IMG/VR virus record: IMGVR_UViG_3300022758_000006
Coordinates: 1-6,494 of that record
Strand: one strand, 5' to 3'
DNA from: a virus
DNA: 6,494 nucleotides
The notes under the pieces were generated by a model that searched no databases, had not been told where the DNA came from, and worked only from the letters and a program-made list of their open reading frames with translations. A program made the position numbers and the translations under genes. Below are positions 1 through 5,778 of the stretch, in pieces. Each line of letters starts with the position of its first letter. Position 1 is the first letter of the stretch.

Positions 1-127
1 AGTTTTTCGGCATAGGCAGAACCAATACCGCCATTCTTACGGGAAGCGAGCATAAACGTAGGATTCATACCTTTGGGAGCGCATTCGCGTTTACCCATAT
101 ATTTCATGACATAATTGATACCACCAT
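1..127. repeat. Terminal direct repeat, copy 1, identical to 6368..6494. It marks a circular 6367-nt genome linearised with a 127-nt overlap.
   Basis: Compared base by base: agtttttcggcataggcagaacc...catgacataattgataccaccat occurs at both window ends. The run of 5 T's at 3..7 matches 6370..6374, and both copies end in ccaccat. Confidence 0.9.
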
Positions 128-767
128 TGATAACAGGAACACAATAAGCAAAACCAATAGACCTAGTAACAGGTGATCCGTCAGGATTGTACTCACCAGT
201 AGGACGACGCCAGCAGCTTTCAATGAGTGTAAGCCGCGAGTATGCGGTTTCAAAGTTATCAGGGAAATTCCATAATATAATATGATAGTGAGGACGTTTA
301 GACCAGTGTCCATACTCAGAAACTGCAATATAGCGAAGATTATGAGAAATACCACGTCTATCAAGTTTGGTACGAAGACGTTTAAAAAAGAGTTGAATCT
401 CTTCCGGAAATACTCCGTTTTTCGGTAAGTGTTCATTGTTATAAGTAAGAGTTATAAAATAGGCTTGTTTATTAGAAGTGTACGACTCACAGAGGGCACG
501 AAAAGACCATTGTTGAGCTTTTTTTTCATTACAAAGAGCACATCTGTTACAAGGAACAATCAAGAACATAGGGAAAGTTTCACCAGTAGAAGGATTCACA
601 ATAGTATATTTATCAATATTGTTTTTATTAACATGATTCTTGTTCACATGGAGAACAGAACCGTGATATACTCCGGATGGCATAGTAAACGTACGATACT
701 TCTGTACCAGCTTAGAGGCATGTGGATGCCAAATTACTTTAGGGTCTTCACAGTAGATATTATTCAT
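1..767 (-). CDS. VP4: Replication initiation protein (Microviridae VP4/Rep, HUH rolling-circle endonuclease), N-terminal about 255 codons. The C-terminal part is the same reading frame continuing across the circular junction into 6367..5779. The left window edge truncates this copy.
   Basis: Translated by hand on the minus strand from ATG at 767..765: MNNIYCEDPKVIWHP...VPCNRCALCNEKKAQQWSFRALCES...YFITLTYNNEHLP...RPHYHIILWNF...INGGINYVMKYMGKRE. There is no stop between 839 and 1 in this frame (stop TAA at 842..840). From established knowledge, the gokushovirus VP4 N-terminus has the pattern C..P...PCG.C.GCR...WA.R...FITLTYDDEHLP. Motif I FITLTY lies at 441..458, motif II HYHIIL at 273..290 and motif III YVMKYMGK at 90..113. 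The ORF track missed this frame because it is incomplete at the window edge. Confidence 0.85.
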   Translation of the reverse strand, partial: MNNIYCEDPKVIWHPHASKLVQKYRTFTMPSGVYHGSVLHVNKNHVNKNNIDKYTIVNPSTGETFPMFLIVPCNRCALCNEKKAQQWSFRALCESYTSNKQAYFITLTYNNEHLPKNGVFPEEIQLFFKRLRTKLDRRGISHNLRYIAVSEYGHWSKRPHYHIILWNFPDNFETAYSRLTLIESCWRRPTGEYNPDGSPVTRSIGFAYCVPVINGGINYVMKYMGKRECAPKGMNPTFMLASRKNGGIGSAYAEK

Positions 768-893
768 AATAAATAGTTTTAGCGGACGGAAGCCGCACTT
801 TGGGCAAATCGTAACTTTTCCGGTGGAAATAATCAAAGATTAGAGGTGTGTCAGTTACTACATACTTATCAAGTTATAGCGGTACGATTTTGG
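768..893 (-). promoter_or_regulatory. Intergenic region upstream of Rep and downstream of the VP2 terminator; presumed Rep promoter region.
   Basis: About 125 nt of non-coding sequence between the terminator hairpin and the Rep ATG. It contains TA...TTTG-like elements (TACGATTTG, TAATCTTTG) but no exact match to the Bacteroidetes -7 consensus, and there is no SD before the ATG. Confidence 0.25.
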
Positions 894-926
894 AATAAAT
901 CGTGAAAAGCCGGAGGACATCCGGCT
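894..926 (-). terminator. Putative rho-independent terminator directly after the VP2 stop.
   Basis: Read on the minus strand after the TAA at 934..932: AGCCGGA-TGTCC-TCCGGCT (plus-strand positions 908..926), a perfect 7-bp GC-rich stem with a 5-nt loop. It is followed by TTTTCACGATTTATT. Confidence 0.5.
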
Positions 927-931
927 AATCA

Positions 932-2080
932 TTAACGAAATCCAATTGGAGACATAGACTTTCCAAGGAAACCACCTTTCTGCAAAGAAGTAGTAGCGCC
1001 AGCAAATTGACCGACAGCAAACGATAAGGAATTAACCCAAGTTGTAGCAACATTAGTAAAACGTTCGGTTGAATCCCAGTCTTTAGCCTGGTCAAAGTTA
1101 AACTTAGCATGCTGATTGGAAATATCAATACCAGTTTGCTTATACAATTCAGTCATAGTTTGTTCACTAGCTAACAATCCTTGTTTTTTCATCATATAAG
1201 TAGACGCATTCAGATTCATTACACGAGCCATTTGCGTAGCCATCATATCTTGCACTTCGGCCGCATTAAGAGCAATACGAGAATTACTCTCTTTCATTTC
1301 CTGATATGTTTTCTTACACAAAAGCTCAAAATCCTTAGAACGCAAATACCTATCAAACTTCATTTGGACAAGATTTTCACTTATTTGTGATTGTTGAGCC
1401 TTCATTGTATTAATACGCTCACGAGCTTCAGACATGGCAACATCAATTTCCTGAAGTTTCTTTGCAGCAACTTCGGCTTCAGTATGATTTAATTGTCCGA
1501 GCTCATGATTTACGTAAATAGTTGAATTGTTCAACTCGATATCACTTTCCGTACGAGCTTTGCGAAGCAAGTAGTCAGCCGTAAGTAAGCTTTCTTCAGT
1601 CTCTGTTTTCTTACTTTCGGAATTTGCTAAACGAGCTTGCGCAGCTTTCAACCCAGCATCAGCAGCGATTTGTGCAGTCTGTCCGTAAGTATTCGTAGGT
1701 ATCACATTGAATCGAGGTGTAGGAGCTTGCGCAGGAGCTTCAGGAGCAGTTGCATTTCCTACGTCACCACGAGAGTACATCAAATCCGGATTCAAACCGG
1801 CTTCTTTCAAACGTAGCATTTGCGCAGCAGGAGAATTATATGAGTTGTTTTTCTCATACATTTGCTCTATCCAAGCTTGTTGCGCCAAACGTTCTTCACG
1901 AGCGAATTTACTTTCACGCTCAAAGGCTTCGGCAGATGCCTTGCGGTTACTTCTGTTACCGAACCAGTTACCAATAGCGGAAATAGCAGCGCCACCAATA
2001 GCGCCAATAGCCGTACCGATTCCAGGAACAACAGAGCCAGCAGCAGCACCAGCGGCAGCACCAGCGGCAGGACTAGGCAT
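932..2080 (-). CDS. VP2: Minor capsid / DNA pilot protein (Microviridae VP2-like), 382 aa.
   Basis: The N-terminus is Gly/Ala-rich (PAAGAAAGAAAGSVVPGIGTAIGAIGG). It is followed by ...NSYNSPAAQMLRLKEAGLNPDLMY..., which resembles the conserved VP2 motif ...MSNTAYQR...KAGLNP.L.Y of microviruses. The middle of the protein is coiled-coil-like. The gene sits directly after the VP3-like gene: TGA of that gene, 2 nt, then ATG. Confidence 0.7.
   Translation of the reverse strand: MPSPAAGAAAGAAAGSVVPGIGTAIGAIGGAAISAIGNWFGNRSNRKASAEAFERESKFAREERLAQQAWIEQMYEKNNSYNSPAAQMLRLKEAGLNPDLMYSRGDVGNATAPEAPAQAPTPRFNVIPTNTYGQTAQIAADAGLKAAQARLANSESKKTETEESLLTADYLLRKARTESDIELNNSTIYVNHELGQLNHTEAEVAAKKLQEIDVAMSEARERINTMKAQQSQISENLVQMKFDRYLRSKDFELLCKKTYQEMKESNSRIALNAAEVQDMMATQMARVMNLNASTYMMKKQGLLASEQTMTELYKQTGIDISNQHAKFNFDQAKDWDSTERFTNVATTWVNSLSFAVGQFAGATTSLQKGGFLGKSMSPIGFR
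2036..2070. repeat. 12-bp tandem repeat gcagcaccagcg (about 2.7 copies) encoding the (AAAG)n N-terminus of VP2.
   Basis: 2043..2054 and 2055..2066 are identical, with partial units on both sides. Confidence 0.7.
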
Positions 2081-2082
2081 AA

Positions 2083-2544
2083 TCAGTTATTTTGAGGATT
2101 AATATACTTATCACCAAATTTCTTCTGACGAAGAACCTGAAGAGCCCTACGCTGGGAAGCTTTTTCCATTTCCCAAGCGGTAGCCATATCCATTTCACGA
2201 CGGAATTGCGGCTCTAAATTCCAAGAAGCGTCACCGTTAACGTCAATAAAATTTACGTTCATAGGAGAAACAGGAATACCACGTTTAGCCATTTCGGCTA
2301 CTTGTTGAGGTGTTAAACCTAGATTAGGTTTAGTTCTTTCAAAATCTTTTTGTACATCAAATTCACATGTTACAGATTTGTAATCCGGTTTTGTATTTCT
2401 AGCCATAATTGTAAAATTTAAAATTTTAATATTTATTTGTGCGTCCGAGCGGGCTTTCCGGCTCAAACATATCTTCGCTACGCTACGATACTCGCCTGCA
2501 ATCCCTGACGCACGCAACAAAGTTGCTATTAATTTGCGTTTCAC
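2083..2544 (-). CDS. VP3: Putative internal scaffolding protein (VP3-like). The maximal ORF is 153 aa. The more likely functional start is the ATG at 2406..2404, which gives 107 aa.
   Basis: The segment ...LTPQQVAEMAKRGIPVSPMNVNFIDVNGD... resembles the [M/I].R..RG[LI]P[LV] region of gokushovirus VP3 scaffolding proteins; this rests on remembered patterns, not a search. Its size and its position adjacent to VP2 fit. The N-terminal 46 codons of the long ORF run through a GC-rich hairpin region (2439..2513) and look non-protein-like. An AT-rich stretch sits just upstream of the 2406 ATG. Confidence 0.45.
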   Translation of the reverse strand: MKRKLIATLLRASGIAGEYRSVAKICLSRKARSDAQINIKILNFTIMARNTKPDYKSVTCEFDVQKDFERTKPNLGLTPQQVAEMAKRGIPVSPMNVNFIDVNGDASWNLEPQFRREMDMATAWEMEKASQRRALQVLRQKKFGDKYINPQNN

Positions 2545-2620
2545 GCAGAGGGAAAATACTTTTCCCTTTTAATCTTACGAAATTGCAAAGATAGGTATGC
2601 GCGCGCGACAAGTCCAATGA
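2439..2620. promoter_or_regulatory. GC-rich structured island inside the long intergenic region downstream of VP1. It holds several hairpins and a (GC)4-5 run.
   Basis: There is an inverted repeat gtgcgtc(2439..2445) / gacgcac(2507..2513). Two hairpins are present: gagcgggc-ttt-ccggctc at 2448..2465 and tgcgt-ttc-acgca at 2534..2546. A perfect 8-bp hairpin agggaaaa-tac-ttttccct at 2552..2570 is followed by tttt. The run atgcgcgcgcgac sits at 2597..2609. Confidence 0.5.
2549..2574 (+). terminator. Terminator-like hairpin plus T-run on the plus (non-coding) strand.
   Basis: AGGGAAAA-TAC-TTTTCCCT is followed by TTTTAAT on the given strand. No plus-strand gene precedes it, so it may block antisense transcription or act as a structural element in the ssDNA. 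Confidence 0.3.
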
Positions 2621-2621
2621 A

Positions 2622-2690
2622 CCTAGTACTAATAATTGATTAAATATTATAACAGAGTTCTAATATTTAACAATTATTACTACTAGAACC
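2622..2690. repeat. Long imperfect AT-rich palindrome of about 65 bp. The perfect 10-bp inner arms ttaaatatta(2640..2649) / taatatttaa(2661..2670) are separated by an 11-nt spacer; the outer arms cctagtactaataattga / caattattactactagaacc carry one mismatch and one 1-nt bulge.
   Basis: Reverse-complementing the right arm by hand gives ggttctagtagtaataattgttaaatatta, against the left arm cctagtactaataattgattaaatatta. Confidence 0.6.
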
Positions 2691-2758
2691 CTTGGAGCAA
2701 GTCGCACACACATGCCTAAAAGATGCAATGTCGGAAGAAAAAAGAAAAAATTATTTTC

Positions 2759-4960
2759 TTAATCTAGTCGCGGTATTGCAACACGGCTGATTGGTAATCG
2801 GGCAATCGCGTTAAACTTCACGTATCCGAAAATTTTATCCGTGTACTCCGTGACACTGAAAACCTGATTAACTGTATCAGAATCAACAAGTAAAAACTCC
2901 TGACCAAGTTGAGGTAATCCGGAGAACACACGAGACATAATGAAATTTTTCATGTTAGTACGGAACAAACCGTGTGCACTATCATACTTAGCAACATATT
3001 CATACCACGGACGTTGATACCCGAATGTTTTATTCAATTGGTCAGTGCTGTCATTTGCAACAATATTCATTGGGCAAATTTCCTTATACGTGACAGGTTG
3101 AAAACCAATACGGTCAAATTCCGGTTGATAGTGGTCAAGTAAACCATTGTATGTAAAATCTTTAGGTAACAATTGCGTATAAATAGGCACAGGAGTCACA
3201 GTTAATAAACCAATAATATAAGATTCCTCATCACAGAATACTTCAATATTATTAGACGTAGAACCATATACTCCGGCAATACCGGTTTTAGAGCCAAGAG
3301 CTTCGGCATACTGACCTTGAGAGCTAGCGCTCTGTTGGTCTACGGTCTGCTCAACTGTACGCATAGACAATTCACGAGAAATACCGCCAATAAATTCAGG
3401 CATAAGGAGTTCATCAAATCGAATATCAATATCCCAACGACCTTGCATGATTTGTTTATATGAAAAACCTTTACGCATGTTAAGTTCAAGGAATTTCTGA
3501 TAAGCATTAACATAACGAAGAGTCTCAATAGTAAAGCCAGAACCTTCAGTAGTAGCAAGGGCAGCGAGTTCCGCATACGAATTAATAGCGGTAACAGGAG
3601 TTTTTTCAGACACAGGATCATAATCAACGCCTACAAGACGCTCACCATCTTCAGAAACTTTATAAGATAATCCATACTTAGAGCCGTCTTCGTCAACAAG
3701 AACAGTTTGTTTTTGAACGGAGTAAGTTCCATCATCTGCACGAGTAACAACATCACCCATAACAAGACCAACGAGAGGAGCATTAGCACCTTGTTGAGGA
3801 TTCGGTACGGCAGTGGTCAAAAAATCACGCTCCCAATTACACTGACGAAGTTCATATAACGTAGTATCAGCACCACCTTTCATATTAGGCAGCCATTTGT
3901 TATAAACAGGACGACCATTAACTACAAAAGGATTGTTACGTACGTCACGATAGTATGCATTATACACAGATTCATAAGCGCGGAAACGATAAGCCAACAA
4001 ATGAGTATTATTCGGACGATTTTCAGTAGCAAACGGATATGTACTATAAACTACGTCATTTTGCAAAATATAATATGTATAAGTTACGTTGAAACTAATA
4101 TTAGCAAAACTAATAGGAGAGGCAACATTAGGAGCAGTAATGGCAACAAGCGGCGTACCTTGAATATTACCAAAGCTAGAGGGGTCAATAGATGAAATAC
4201 TAGCACCAACAACACCATCAGCAGACTTTTTAAACTCAATTGGCAAATCAAAACCATAAGTACTATCATCACCAAGAAAAACAAAATAACCTCTTGCACC
4301 GTCAAAAACTTCAGATTGACCACCATTAAGAGTAATATCTACGCCAACTTGAGAAACAGAAGCCGGAATAGCAGTAGAAGAACCAGCAGTATTAAAAATA
4401 ATAGTTTGAGTTCCATCAGTATTCAAAGAAGTAGTACATTGTTGAGAAGGGATACCTCCATCAGCACGAATACTATTCATAACATCAGATAAAACGGTAT
4501 CCGTAATAGCACGAGATTTGGCAGCACAAGGTTTATCAACAAGAGTAACAGTAGAAGAGATACGAGTTCCAAATGTAGGCAAACCTAAATAATCACCTAG
4601 TGTACCAGTGCGACACATTCGATTAAAACGAGACGAATCAGGCAAAATATATGGCTCTACCAAGTCATCACGGAAATTAGAAATGAAGTCGGAATAATCC
4701 TCCCACATGGAACGGAGAGTTACCTTGAAAAAATTAAGGCGAGCAAACATACGAGTTTGGACAGGAAATACCATAGGCATCAGCTCAAGACCGAACTCGG
4801 GATTAATACGAAGAGAGCCTTTTGCAGGAACAAGCTCACAAAATACCGGAGTAATACGACCAAAATTAGTGGTCAAATTATTCACATGAGACCAATCAAA
4901 CGAATTTACATCAATACGATTATTCGCATCAAATGTAGCGTCAAAAATGTTTTGTGCCAT
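2759..4960 (-). CDS. VP1: Major capsid protein VP1 (Microviridae F/VP1 family), 733 aa.
   Basis: The N-terminus ...NSFDWSHVNNLTTNFGRITPVFCELVPAKGSLRIN... matches the gokushovirus pattern S.FDRS....TTF..G.LIP....EVLPGDTF. DYLGLPT matches exactly, and ...YESVYNAYYRD... is like ...WNQYYRD.... The 733-aa length with a long Ser/Thr-rich central insertion is typical of alpavirus-like VP1. The start overlaps the stop of the upstream small ORF (TAATG). Confidence 0.92.
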   Translation of the reverse strand: MAQNIFDATFDANNRIDVNSFDWSHVNNLTTNFGRITPVFCELVPAKGSLRINPEFGLELMPMVFPVQTRMFARLNFFKVTLRSMWEDYSDFISNFRDDLVEPYILPDSSRFNRMCRTGTLGDYLGLPTFGTRISSTVTLVDKPCAAKSRAITDTVLSDVMNSIRADGGIPSQQCTTSLNTDGTQTIIFNTAGSSTAIPASVSQVGVDITLNGGQSEVFDGARGYFVFLGDDSTYGFDLPIEFKKSADGVVGASISSIDPSSFGNIQGTPLVAITAPNVASPISFANISFNVTYTYYILQNDVVYSTYPFATENRPNNTHLLAYRFRAYESVYNAYYRDVRNNPFVVNGRPVYNKWLPNMKGGADTTLYELRQCNWERDFLTTAVPNPQQGANAPLVGLVMGDVVTRADDGTYSVQKQTVLVDEDGSKYGLSYKVSEDGERLVGVDYDPVSEKTPVTAINSYAELAALATTEGSGFTIETLRYVNAYQKFLELNMRKGFSYKQIMQGRWDIDIRFDELLMPEFIGGISRELSMRTVEQTVDQQSASSQGQYAEALGSKTGIAGVYGSTSNNIEVFCDEESYIIGLLTVTPVPIYTQLLPKDFTYNGLLDHYQPEFDRIGFQPVTYKEICPMNIVANDSTDQLNKTFGYQRPWYEYVAKYDSAHGLFRTNMKNFIMSRVFSGLPQLGQEFLLVDSDTVNQVFSVTEYTDKIFGYVKFNAIARLPISRVAIPRLD

Positions 4961-5157
4961 TAAAAATGAGGCTTAATAGTTACTGAATCTACCTTTTGTT
5001 GGGTAGTTTGTTGAGAATCCTGTTTTGAATTTTGATTTTTCCAAAAAACAGACATAGACGCAGTACAGGACTGTACTGTAAGGGCAGTAATCACACCAAT
5101 AATAAATGTAGAAATCAGCTGTACAAGCTTAATCCACTGACTAGGAGTAATTTTCAT
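4960..5157 (-). CDS. Small membrane protein (65 aa) with an N-terminal signal-peptide/TM segment ending in ...LTVQSC (lipobox-like), followed by a Q/S/T-rich hydrophilic tail. Candidate lysis, spanin-like or superinfection-exclusion lipoprotein.
   Basis: The protein is MKITPSQWIKLVQLISTFIIGVITALTVQSCTASMSVFWKNQNSKQDSQQTTQQKVDSVTIKPHF. Its start overlaps the preceding ORF (ATGA) and its stop overlaps the VP1 start (TAATG), which indicates translational coupling. Confidence 0.5.
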   Translation of the reverse strand: MKITPSQWIKLVQLISTFIIGVITALTVQSCTASMSVFWKNQNSKQDSQQTTQQKVDSVTIKPHF

Positions 5158-5318
5158 AATTTTTCAAGAATTAACAAAACATCATAACCTAAATTAGCAT
5201 CCTGCAATTGCTTACGAAACCGTTCGGCAGTTGAAGGACGGTTGAAAATACCAATATTTATAAGAAACTCCTCATGAAGTGTTTCTCTTTTAATAAACTT
5301 TAAAACACCTTTATACAT
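5154..5318 (-). CDS. Small hypothetical protein (54 aa): MYKGVLKFIKRETLHEEFLINIGIFNRPSTAERFRKQLQDANLGYDVLLILEKL. The track ORF extends to 5471 (105 aa), but that N-terminal half overlaps the 73-aa ORF out of frame and looks like a hydrophobic artefact.
   Basis: The ATG at 5318..5316 lies 1 nt after the TAA of the upstream 73-aa ORF (TAAtATG). The C-terminal half has protein-like composition. The stop overlaps the next ATG (ATGA). Confidence 0.4.
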   Translation of the reverse strand: MYKGVLKFIKRETLHEEFLINIGIFNRPSTAERFRKQLQDANLGYDVLLILEKL

Positions 5319-5319
5319 A

Positions 5320-5541
5320 TTAATAGATTTCTTTATAAAAACGAACATGAAGAACGTTTTGGGTATTAAACAAACGACGAGCGTAAGCACGAGCATCATT
5401 AATAGACATTTGAGATTTCTTACGATACTCATAAGGTTTAAGACGTCCGGTTTCAGGATCACGCCAACCAATTTCGAAAATAAAAGTATATTTACTTATC
5501 ATTGCACAACTTGAAAGTTTTAAAACAATCAAGGCAAACAC
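5320..5541 (-). CDS. Small hypothetical basic protein, 73 aa. An alternative start at M14 (5502) gives 60 aa: MISKYTFIFEIGWRDPETGRLKPYEYRKKSQMSINDARAYARRLFNTQNVLHVRFYKEIY.
   Basis: The residue composition is diverse and protein-like, with charged residues. The gene is packed tightly against its flanking ORFs. Confidence 0.45.
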   Translation of the reverse strand: MFALIVLKLSSCAMISKYTFIFEIGWRDPETGRLKPYEYRKKSQMSINDARAYARRLFNTQNVLHVRFYKEIY

Positions 5542-5686
5542 CTAATATCTTACACTTAGTAGCCCTAGAAAAACACTTAGAAACAAGGATAGCGTCTTTC
5601 AAACTAATAGCTTTAACAAAAGTAAAATCATTAAGACCATTCTTATTAACATAAAAAATAATGTAAAAATCTGCAGTTTTATCCAT
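5492..5686 (-). CDS. Small hypothetical Cys-rich protein (64 aa): ...CFSRATKCKILGVCLDCFKTFKLC. Possibly a zinc-ribbon-like protein.
   Basis: It is the first ORF after the Rep stop (92-nt gap). Five Cys fall in the last 26 residues, including a C-x2-C pair. It would overlap the next ORF by 11 to 50 nt depending on which start is used. Confidence 0.3.
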   Translation of the reverse strand: MDKTADFYIIFYVNKNGLNDFTFVKAISLKDAILVSKCFSRATKCKILGVCLDCFKTFKLCNDK

Positions 5687-5778
5687 AACACATAAATTAA
5701 ATTAGTATTCCTTTTTCTTACACTACAAAGATAAGAATTCTTTTGTTAATAAAGTGTTAATCAAGCGTTAAATCTAGT

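Noticed and set aside
429-776. Plus-strand 115-aa ORF
   Set aside because: It is exactly antisense to the N-terminal part of Rep, which has strong family motifs in the minus frame. Its composition is odd and it has no partner genes on the plus strand.
925-1128. Minus-strand 67-aa ORF overlapping the VP2 C-terminus in another frame
   Set aside because: It lies off-frame within VP2 and extends only 7 nt past the VP2 stop, with no support.
1181-1390. Plus-strand 69-aa ORF
   Set aside because: It is antisense to VP2, His/Ile-rich, and non-protein-like.
1707-2102. Plus-strand 131-aa ORF and nested plus-strand ORFs 1750..1977 and 1862..2095
   Set aside because: They are antisense to VP2. The Ala/Pro repeat at the C-terminus is just the complement of the VP2 Gly/Ala repeat.
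2640-2670. Possible dif/XerCD-like integration site
   Set aside because: The inverted repeat has an 11-nt spacer and 10-bp arms, which does not fit the 11-6-11 dif architecture. The window also has no host flanks. It is kept only as a generic palindrome.
3340-3627. Minus-strand 95-aa ORF in an alternate frame inside VP1
   Set aside because: It is Leu-rich and low complexity, typical of an off-frame reading of a real gene, and has no coupling signals.
4084-4326. Minus-strand 80-aa L/V-rich ORF inside VP1
   Set aside because: An off-frame artefact of the same kind. A phiX E-like embedded lysis gene was considered, but the sequence is extreme poly-Leu with no plausible start context.
4001-4963. 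Plus-strand ORFs 4001..4195, 4707..4889 and 4757..4963
   Set aside because: They are antisense to VP1, and their basic, low-complexity translations are not credible.
5154-5471. Full 105-aa track ORF as a single TM protein
   Set aside because: Its N-terminal half conflicts with the better-looking 73-aa frame. It was reported instead as a 54-aa gene starting at 5318.
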